Assembly: GCA_024231905.1 (NCBI GenBank)
Contig: JAAEQC010000202.1
Coordinates: forward strand, 5,422 to 69,421
Direction: 5' to 3'
DNA length: 64,000 nucleotides
DNA from: a bacterium
GTDB lineage: Bacteria; Krumholzibacteriota; Krumholzibacteriia; LZORAL124-64-63
Part shown: positions 56,976-64,000 of the stretch, piece after piece
Position numbering within the stretch: position 1 is the first letter of the stretch
How the letters are laid out: every line of letters begins with the position of its first letter
The notes under the pieces: model-generated
What the model was told of the DNA's origin: nothing
The model's input: the letters and a program-made list of their open reading frames with translations, nothing else
The model's database searches: none
Program-made: the position numbers and the translations under genes

Positions 56976-59609
56976 TCAGCGGCGGGCGCGGATCCAGGCT
57001 CCGATGGCGAACAGGGCCAGGGCGGCCGCCCAGGGCCAGCGCCGAGAGCGGCGCTGCAGGGGCACGGTGATGTCGCCGTCGCCCACCAGGACGAAGGCCG
57101 CCCAGTGGCGCGGCGCACAGGTCTCCGGGTCCAGGAAGCAGGCGTGGCGGGCCCGATCGAGGGCGGCGGCCGCCGTCAGGCCGTCGGCCAGGCCCTCGTA
57201 GAATTGGGTCGTAACGCGGAAGGCGACGGCGTCGTCCACCGGCCAGAGGGTGGCCAGCACGGCCGGGACATTGGCGGCCAGGAAACCTCCCGCCAGTCCG
57301 ATCAGGCCTTCGCCTCCCACCACACGCGTGCCGGCGGTGGTGCAGCCGGCCAGCACGGCCAGGCGCGCGTTCAGAGGGAGAGCGGCCACGTCGGCGGCCC
57401 GCAGGACGTCGTCCGGATCCGGCCCCAGGGTGATACCCGTCAGCCAGGGCTGATGGACATGGAGCATGGTGTGGGCAGCCAGGTGAAGGACGCCGGCCTC
57501 GGCCCATTCCACCTCCACCGGCGTACGCACGTGGCGCAACTGCCCGGTCAGCCAGGCGATTTCCTGCTCCGCCCCGGGCAAAGGCCCACCGCCCCCGGAA
57601 TCCGGTCCGGCGACCGCCAGGATCGACGCAGGACCGGTCGCGGCGGGAGGCTCGTGCCGGAGACGCGCCAGCACGCCCGCTCCCGGAATACGGGTCGATG
57701 CACCACGCCAGGGCAGCAGCGCCGCCGGCAAGCGGTGCCAGCTGCCGTCGGGGCACCACCACACGGTGCCGGCGTCGGCCGCCAGCCGCCGGATCGAAGC
57801 CGGCCAGGCCGCCACCAGGTCACCGGCCAGCCGCACGGCCGGTCCCGGGTCGTCCAGGGCGGGACTGCGCACCACGTCGGCCAGACGCCGCAGCCGAGGC
57901 TCGATCTCCCGCCGGCCGGGAATCGCAGCCACGAAGGCCGTGTCCCGGGTGACACAGAACAGGACGCTCAAGCGGTCCCCTTCCACCAGGTCGAGGAAGA
58001 CCTCATCCGGCTTGAGCACCTGACGACGGAAATCCGCGAGATCCGGCGCGGCCACCGCACCGCCACCGGCCCCTGGTCCGAGCATGCGCTCGCGCAGGGT
58101 GCGCGCCTTGTACCGTTGGATCCATTCCCAGGCCGCTTCGAGGCCCCCGGGGGCCTCCATACATACCGCCGCCGCGTTGGCGAACAAGCTGCCGGACACG
58201 GTGCCCCGGTGCTCGCGCCACACGGGATCGGTGGGCCAGGCCCGGACCCGTTCCCAGTTGGCGATGGCCCGGCCGAAGACCGCCAGGGCCGAGTCGGGGC
58301 GATCCAGGGCCGCCTCGGCGCGGGCCAGGTGGGTGAGCAGGACCACGAGTTCGGCCTCGCCGCCGGCCTCCCGGGCCGCCAGGATCGCCGGCCGCAACCG
58401 GGCCGCCGCTCCGGCCGGATCCCCGCTGTCCACCAGCGCCACGCCCAGCAGAGCGGACACCCGCAGTTCGAGGGAGGTGGCCCCCGCGCCGTCCTCCAGC
58501 ACCCGCGCCAGCGTCGTCGCCGCAGCCACCAGACTATCCCGCTCGATCAGGGCCCGCGCCAGGCGCAGACGGGTCTCCGTGGCCAGCAGACGGGATAGCA
58601 TCTCCCCCGCGCCCAGAACCCGCCGGCAATGGTCCGCCGCCGCACCGGGACGCCCCTGCTCCAACCAGGTATCCGCCAGGCTGTTGCCGGCCAGCACCTC
58701 CAGATCGCGCAGACCATACTCGCGGCAGACGGCGAGTACCGAGTCGAAGACCGCCTCCGCCTCGACGTATCTGCCCTGCATGACTCGGGCCTTGGCCAGG
58801 TCGATGCTCGGCACCAGCCCTTCCCGCCGGTGCCCGCTCTCCCGGTGGATGGCCACGGAACGGGCGAAGAGATCCACTGCCCGACCGGGATCGCCGAGCA
58901 TCAGATCCAGGCGTCCGAGCTGATCCAGGGCCATGGCCTCGTTCACCGCGTCACCGGCGCCCTCGACCAGGGCCAGCACGTTGGCGAAGGCCGTGCGTGC
59001 CCCCCGGAAGTCGCCGGCCTGACGCAGGGCCAGTCCGCGTCCGTTCCAGGCCCACACGGCGCCCCGGGTTTCCCCGTACCGCTGCAGGACGCCCGCCGCC
59101 CGGGCATAGGTCGCACCCGCCTCCACAGCCCGCCCCTGGAGGTAATGGCCGTAGGCGATTCCAACCCAGGCCCAGCCCAGGTGCAGCGAGTCGGCGGCGG
59201 CTTCGGCTCTTCGTGCCAGTTCGGCGTAGAGATCCGTCGCTTCGGCGCCGCGCCCCTGCGTACCCACCGAGACACCCAACCAGCGCAGGCATTGCAGGTG
59301 GCGGAGGGTGTCGCGGCGGACGACGGCCACCGCCATGCCCTCGCGCAGATCGCCCTCGGCCTGGCGCGCCATGCCGAAGCTCGCGCGGGTCGCACCCCGG
59401 ATCAGCAGGAGGTTCAGGAGGCCCGTCGTGTCGCCTGCAGCGCGGGCGGCCGTGATGGCCGGGCCCGCCAGGCTGTCGACCATGTCCGGACGACCAGCGG
59501 AGCGCCAGGCGAGCAGGGAATCGGGGAGACCGTCACGAGCGGCGGGAGGCTGTGCCGCGGCGGACGCAGCCAGGAGCAGGAGCGGCAGCAGGCGGACCGC
59601 AAGGCGCAT
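56976..59609 (-). CDS. TPR-CHAT (caspase-like) protease with signal peptide and C-terminal TM anchor
   Basis: TPR array; WCPDG, VLHLAAH (His), LAGCTT (Cys), GEGLIGL, TLWPVDD, FYEGL, PRHWAAFVLVG. Confidence 0.9.
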   Translation of the reverse strand: MRLAVRLLPLLLLAASAAAQPPAARDGLPDSLLAWRSAGRPDMVDSLAGPAITAARAAGDTTGLLNLLLIRGATRASFGMARQAEGDLREGMAVAVVRRDTLRHLQCLRWLGVSVGTQGRGAEATDLYAELARRAEAAADSLHLGWAWVGIAYGHYLQGRAVEAGATYARAAGVLQRYGETRGAVWAWNGRGLALRQAGDFRGARTAFANVLALVEGAGDAVNEAMALDQLGRLDLMLGDPGRAVDLFARSVAIHRESGHRREGLVPSIDLAKARVMQGRYVEAEAVFDSVLAVCREYGLRDLEVLAGNSLADTWLEQGRPGAAADHCRRVLGAGEMLSRLLATETRLRLARALIERDSLVAAATTLARVLEDGAGATSLELRVSALLGVALVDSGDPAGAAARLRPAILAAREAGGEAELVVLLTHLARAEAALDRPDSALAVFGRAIANWERVRAWPTDPVWREHRGTVSGSLFANAAAVCMEAPGGLEAAWEWIQRYKARTLRERMLGPGAGGGAVAAPDLADFRRQVLKPDEVFLDLVEGDRLSVLFCVTRDTAFVAAIPGRREIEPRLRRLADVVRSPALDDPGPAVRLAGDLVAAWPASIRRLAADAGTVWWCPDGSWHRLPAALLPWRGASTRIPGAGVLARLRHEPPAATGPASILAVAGPDSGGGGPLPGAEQEIAWLTGQLRHVRTPVEVEWAEAGVLHLAAHTMLHVHQPWLTGITLGPDPDDVLRAADVAALPLNARLAVLAGCTTAGTRVVGGEGLIGLAGGFLAANVPAVLATLWPVDDAVAFRVTTQFYEGLADGLTAAAALDRARHACFLDPETCAPRHWAAFVLVGDGDITVPLQRRSRRWPWAAALALFAIGAWIRARR

Positions 59610-59616
59610 CAGGGAC

Positions 59617-60252
59617 TCACTCCCGGGCCGGTCGCAGGGCGACGATGCCGCTGCGGGCGATGGTGTCGCCCCGGCTGACGGCGAAGGCCTGGCAGTAGAC
59701 CGCCGTCGCGGGCAGGTCCGTCACGGATTTCTCGAACCCGGGACGGACTTCCTGGTGTCGCTCGACCTCGGCGAGACCGGCGTCCAGCAGGGCGAAGACG
59801 AAGGTTTCCGCCTCCGGGGCTGCGGGCCAATCACACCGCAGGAAACCCTCGCCGGTGGTTACGGCCAGGCCGACGGCCTCGTCGCCGCGCACGTACTCGC
59901 CCACCCGGGGTCCGGTGCCGCCGGGCCCGCGCCACAGCTCGCTCGCGGTCAGGCCGACCGCGCACACGGCCAGCACCGCCGCCAGGGCGTACCAGTTGGC
60001 CCGGCGGCGCGTGGGCCGGGTGACGGCGCCGGGCGGAGTCGCCAGGGCGGACTGCAGGCGTCCGGCCAACTCGGCGTCGGCGGCGACCAGGTCCGGCAAA
60101 TCCGAAGTGTCTCCCGGCTCCAGGAAGAGGCCCTGGGCCGCGGCGAGACCCCGGCAGCGGGGGCAGTCTTCCAGATGCCGCCGGCGCGGATCGCCCGTGG
60201 GCAATCCAGCCAGATCGGCCAGTTCGTTCATGGGGTGACAATGCTCCATCAT
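59617..60252 (-). CDS. ZAS-type transmembrane anti-sigma-like protein
   Basis: HLEDCPRC (HxxxCxxC), single TM, periplasmic C-domain; stop/start overlap with the sigma gene. Confidence 0.8.
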   Translation of the reverse strand: MMEHCHPMNELADLAGLPTGDPRRRHLEDCPRCRGLAAAQGLFLEPGDTSDLPDLVAADAELAGRLQSALATPPGAVTRPTRRRANWYALAAVLAVCAVGLTASELWRGPGGTGPRVGEYVRGDEAVGLAVTTGEGFLRCDWPAAPEAETFVFALLDAGLAEVERHQEVRPGFEKSVTDLPATAVYCQAFAVSRGDTIARSGIVALRPARE

Positions 60253-60905
60253 CCTTCGCCTCCATCTTCGTCGCCGGCGCGGGCCGCCACGGCCGCACGC
60301 AGCTTGCGCCGGGCCCTTTGCAGCACTCCCCGGGCGCCGGATTTCTCGTCGAGAGCCAGGTGCCGGGTGATCGCGTCAACCGACAGTCCCTCGTGGCACC
60401 GCAGCCAGACGGCCGTGCCTTCCTCGGGCGAGAGCGTATCGCGCACCAGTCCCAGCAGATCCTCGGCGGCCAGGCGTCGTTCCAGGTCCTCGTCGGGCGC
60501 CGGAGTCGGATCGGCCACCAGTTCGATCACTGCCTCCGTGTCCAAGGGCACCCGGCGCCGGCGCAGTTCGCTCAGACACCGGTTGCGGGCGATGGTGAAG
60601 AGCCAGGCGCCGAAGCGACCGTCGTGATCGTACTCGTCCAGGCGGCCCCAGGCGCTGAGCAGCACTTCCTGCGCCGCGTCGAGAGCCGTCTCCCGGTCGC
60701 CCACGACTCTCCAGCACCAGACGAGGACTCGTTGCCGGTACCGCGCCAGCAGCCGGGAAGCGGCCTGGCGGCCGACGTCACCGTCCGGGTCCCGCTGGTA
60801 GGCGAGGACCAGTTCGCGATCCGTACCGTCGCCACCCGTAGCCGGATCGACGACTTGTCGGATCTCCCTCCGAACTGTGGAACGCAGCATCATCGTTGTC
60901 ATCAC
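60249..60905 (-). CDS. ECF RNA polymerase sigma factor (start uncertain)
   Basis: ALDAAQEV, FGAWLFTIARNRCLSELRRR; region 4 EGLSVDAI..LQRARRKL. Confidence 0.9.
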   Translation of the reverse strand: MMTTMMLRSTVRREIRQVVDPATGGDGTDRELVLAYQRDPDGDVGRQAASRLLARYRQRVLVWCWRVVGDRETALDAAQEVLLSAWGRLDEYDHDGRFGAWLFTIARNRCLSELRRRRVPLDTEAVIELVADPTPAPDEDLERRLAAEDLLGLVRDTLSPEEGTAVWLRCHEGLSVDAITRHLALDEKSGARGVLQRARRKLRAAVAARAGDEDGGEG

Positions 60906-60906
60906 A
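60879..60906 (-). promoter_or_regulatory. Putative autoregulatory ECF promoter
   Basis: TGTGATgacaacgatgatgctgCGTTCC; overlaps the longest-ORF start. Confidence 0.6.
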
Positions 60907-61080
60907 CATGAAAGGTGAATTCGCGCGGCGCCGTGCGGACGCCGACCCCATTGAACCGATCATATCACCTGGAGGGGCGGGACGCGCACGATTTAAAGAC
61001 CACGTGCGCTGGTACCACGGAAGAAGCGCGTTGGGTGAGATGTCCGTCCCGACCTGACCCCACCGACGGAGGCCGTCGTC

Positions 61081-62379
61081 ATGAAGAAGATGATCGTCAT
61101 AACCATCCTGCTGGCCGTGGCCGCCCTCGTGGGCTGGCGCGTCACCGCGAGCAACGGCCACGCTCCGGCCCAGTACCGGTTCGTGGAAATCACCCGGGGC
61201 GACCTGGCAGCGGTCGTCGCGGCCACCGGCACCCTCGAACCCGTCACCACCGTCCAGGTGGGCACCCAGGTGAGCGGCATCATCGAGAACGTGCTGGTGG
61301 ACTACAACGACCCGGTCACCGCCGGCCAGATCGTCGCCAACATCGACACGACCCTGCTGGCGGCCGCCGTGGCCTCCAGCCGGGCCCAGGTCGAACGGGC
61401 CGAGGCCGATCTGCGCCAGGCCGAGCGCGAGTACCGCCGCCTGGACGCCCTCCACGCCGAGAAGCTGATCTCCGAGAGCGAGCACTACACCGCCCTCTAC
61501 AACCTGGACCTGGCCCGGGCCGGCCTGAAATCGGCGCGCGTAGACCTCGAGCGCACCGAGATCAACCTGGATTATGCGACCATCGATTCCCCCATCGACG
61601 GTATCGTGGTCCAGCGTTCGGTCGACCCGGGCCAAACGGTCCAGTCCTCCTTCTCGGCGCCGGAGCTCTTCCTCATTGCCGGCGACCTGACGGCCATGCA
61701 GATCCTCGTGTCGGTGGACGAGAGCGACATCGGCCAGATCGCCGAGGGGCAGGACGTGAGCTTCACGGTCCAGGCCTACCCCGACGACCTCTTCGCCGGC
61801 ACGGTCCGGCAGGTCCGCCTCCAGTCGGTGACCACCGAGAACGTGGTCAACTACGTGGCGGTGGTGGACGTGGCCAATCCCGACGGCCGCCTGCTGCCGG
61901 GCATGACCGCCACCGTGGACTTCGTGGTAGACCAGGCCACGGACATCTTCTACGTACAGAACGCCGCGCTCCGCTACCGCCCGGACCAGGAGGTCATGAT
62001 GGCGGTCATGGAGCGCAAGCGCGCCGCCCGGCAATCCCGCGGCGGCACCGCGCGTCCGGACAGTGCCCGGGCTTCCGAGGGAGCGGGAGCCGGCGCGCGT
62101 CCGGGCGGTGGCCAGGGCGGCGGAATCGCGGCCATGGCCTCCGGCGGACTCCCGGACGGCATGGGTATGCTGTGGACCGTCGACGAGTCCGGCGAGATCG
62201 ACCTGATCATGGTGCGCACGGGTATCAGCGACGGTACCAACACCCAGGTGCGCGGCCGCAACCTCGAAGCCGGCACCCAGATCATCGCCGGGGTGTCGCG
62301 ATCGACCACCGCCACGACCAGTTCACCCTTCCAGCAGAACCAGTCGGCCGGCAGTCCCCCGCGGCCGGGCGGCTTCTAG
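61081..62379 (+). CDS. MacA-like efflux periplasmic adaptor subunit
   Basis: ATGTLEPV..VGTQVSG, SPIDG, VDESDIG, LLPGMTA. Confidence 0.92.
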   Translation: MKKMIVITILLAVAALVGWRVTASNGHAPAQYRFVEITRGDLAAVVAATGTLEPVTTVQVGTQVSGIIENVLVDYNDPVTAGQIVANIDTTLLAAAVASSRAQVERAEADLRQAEREYRRLDALHAEKLISESEHYTALYNLDLARAGLKSARVDLERTEINLDYATIDSPIDGIVVQRSVDPGQTVQSSFSAPELFLIAGDLTAMQILVSVDESDIGQIAEGQDVSFTVQAYPDDLFAGTVRQVRLQSVTTENVVNYVAVVDVANPDGRLLPGMTATVDFVVDQATDIFYVQNAALRYRPDQEVMMAVMERKRAARQSRGGTARPDSARASEGAGAGARPGGGQGGGIAAMASGGLPDGMGMLWTVDESGEIDLIMVRTGISDGTNTQVRGRNLEAGTQIIAGVSRSTTATTSSPFQQNQSAGSPPRPGGF

Positions 62380-62388
62380 GAGACGGTC

Positions 62389-63135
62389 ATGAACGAGCGC
62401 GACGTCATCCGCATCGAGGGCCTGACCCGCACCTACGTCATGGGCACCAACCAGGTCCACGCCCTGGCCGGTATCGACCTGACCGTGAGCGCGGGCGAGA
62501 TGGTGGCCGTCATGGGCGCCTCGGGCTCGGGCAAGTCCACCCTCATGAACATGATCGGCTGCCTGGACCAGCCCACGTCCGGATCCTACGAACTGGACGG
62601 CGAGCAGGTGGCCGACCTGGGCCGCAACCGTCTGGCCGACCTGCGCAACCGGCGCCTCGGCTTCGTCTTCCAGGGCTTCAACCTGCTGTCGCGCACCAGC
62701 GCCCAGGAGAACGTCGAGTTGCCGCTGCTGTACGACCGCAGCGGACGCGGCGGGGACTCGGCGTCCCGGGCGCGCCGGGCCCTCGAGCGCGTGGGACTGG
62801 GCGACCGGACGGGCCACCTGCCCAACGAGCTCTCGGGCGGCCAGCAGCAACGGGTGGCCATCGCCCGCGCCCTGGTCACGGAGCCGTCGCTACTGCTGGC
62901 GGACGAGCCCACCGGCAACCTGGACACGCGCACGAGCATCGAGGTGCTGGCCCTCTTCCAGGAGCTCAACGACCAGGGCCTGACCGTGGTCATGGTCACC
63001 CACGAAAAGGAGATTGCCCGCTACGCCAAGCGCATCGTCGAGCTGCGCGACGGGCTGATCGTACGGGACGTACCGGTCCACGACAGGGGCCACGCCGCCG
63101 CCGATCTGGGCCGCATCATGGAGGGCGCCGCATGA
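62389..63135 (+). CDS. MacB/LolD-type ABC ATP-binding protein
   Basis: [39 protein letters not shown]. Confidence 0.94.
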   Translation: MNERDVIRIEGLTRTYVMGTNQVHALAGIDLTVSAGEMVAVMGASGSGKSTLMNMIGCLDQPTSGSYELDGEQVADLGRNRLADLRNRRLGFVFQGFNLLSRTSAQENVELPLLYDRSGRGGDSASRARRALERVGLGDRTGHLPNELSGGQQQRVAIARALVTEPSLLLADEPTGNLDTRTSIEVLALFQELNDQGLTVVMVTHEKEIARYAKRIVELRDGLIVRDVPVHDRGHAAADLGRIMEGAA

Positions 63136-64000
63136 GACCCGACAAGCTGATCCGCATCGCCATGCGCAGCATCGCCCGCACGAAAATGCGGAGTATGCTG
63201 ACGGCCCTGGGCATCATCATCGGCGTGGGCGCAGTCATCGTCATGGTGGCCATCGGCCACGGGGCCAAGAGCCGCATCGAGCAGAGCATCCAGAACCTGG
63301 GCACGAACATGGTGGTGATCACACCGGGGACATCCGCCAGCGGCGGCGTCAGCCGAGGCGCCGGCAGCTTCAACCGCCTGACCACCGACGACGCGGAGAA
63401 GCTGCAGCGGGAGTCCATGCTCCTTTCCGAAGTCACCCCGGTGATCATGACTTTCTCGCGGGTCCGCGGCGGCGGAGGCAACTGGCGGGCACCCATCTAC
63501 GGGGTGGCCCCCAACTTCCAGGACATCCGCGACTGGGGTATGGCCAGCGGCCAGTTCATAGGCGCGGCCGACCTGCGCGCCCGCCGCAAGGTGTGCGTAC
63601 TGGGGGCCACCGTAGCCGAAAACCTCTTCCCCGAGCAGGACCCGGTGGGCCAGGAGGTCATCCTGCGCGGCGTGCCCTTCGACGTCATCGGCGTCCTGGA
63701 GGACAAGGGCCAGACCGCCGACGGCAGCGACCAGGACGACATGGTCATCGCCCCCTGGACCACTATCCAGGACCGCCTGGCCGGCCGCCAGTTCATCGCC
63801 CAGATCCTGGGCTCGGCCTGGTCGCCCGACGACGTGGAGGCGGCCATGGACGAGGCCGCGGCCATCATGCGCGAGAGCCACGAGCTGGGCGACTGGGAGG
63901 AGGACGACTTCACCGTCCGCAACCAGGCCGACCTGGCCGAGGCCGCCACGGGCACCACCGAAGTGATGACCCTGCTCCTGGCCGCCATCGCCGGCATCTC
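63132..64000 (+). CDS. MacB-type ABC permease (3'-truncated by window edge; absent from the ORF track)
   Basis: Hand translation [42 protein letters not shown]...LLLAAIAGI. Confidence 0.9.
   Translation, partial: MRPDKLIRIAMRSIARTKMRSMLTALGIIIGVGAVIVMVAIGHGAKSRIEQSIQNLGTNMVVITPGTSASGGVSRGAGSFNRLTTDDAEKLQRESMLLSEVTPVIMTFSRVRGGGGNWRAPIYGVAPNFQDIRDWGMASGQFIGAADLRARRKVCVLGATVAENLFPEQDPVGQEVILRGVPFDVIGVLEDKGQTADGSDQDDMVIAPWTTIQDRLAGRQFIAQILGSAWSPDDVEAAMDEAAAIMRESHELGDWEEDDFTVRNQADLAEAATGTTEVMTLLLAAIAGI

Noticed and set aside
56863-57762. N-terminal extension of the 1318-aa ORF
   Set aside because: Overlaps the CHAT gene in another frame; the signal peptide, RBS and promoter support a start at 56862
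1-64000. Many long overlapping ORFs on opposite strands or alternative frames (e.g. 3485..5266+, 5303..7633+, 13189..15141+, 34986..37676+, 43466..45385+)
   Set aside because: Shadow ORFs expected at high GC; Arg/Gly/Pro-rich or antisense to well-supported genes, with no family motifs
1-64000. CRISPR array, tRNA, rRNA, integrase or prophage
   Set aside because: No regularly spaced repeats, cloverleaf or phage/integrase motifs seen by eye; the CHAT gene has no cas neighbours

Overview
High-GC bacterial chromosomal window. Three secreted proteins end in a PNPFNP-type FlgD-Ig domain, which suggests an FCB-group lineage such as Latescibacterota/Krumholzibacteriota (inference). No rRNA, tRNA or CRISPR array was seen. 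In order, the window holds: a NikR-controlled nickel ECF transporter operon with a visible operator; an FHA-GAF-PP2C phosphatase; NhaC, AsmA-like and pepF genes; a ~10 kb module (DUF2490 barrel, DUF4956, VTC polyphosphate-polymerase domain, two CotH kinases, two Spy/CpxP-like proteins, ZAS anti-sigma, ECF sigma, DUF1566 lipoprotein) whose five transcription units each carry GAAAGGA-N15-GTT(C/G); Moco genes; two sulfatase-like proteins; a tandem TPR triplet behind a sigma28-like promoter; an M16 peptidase; clpB with divergent sigma54-type promoters; a DUF3857/transglutaminase pair; a hisN-like gene; a decayed IS3 fragment; a hidden AhpD-like selenoprotein (CxxU plus SECIS) that the ORF track splits in two; a C69 dipeptidase; a second ECF module (sigma, ZAS anti-sigma, membrane-anchored TPR-CHAT protease, large secreted CARDB/FlgD protein) linked by a shared TGTGAT-N16-CGTTCC motif; and a MacAB-type efflux operon running off the end. 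The best candidates for poorly described systems are the VTC/CotH ECF regulon and the ECF/anti-sigma/CHAT module. All family calls come from motif recognition by eye, not from database searches.
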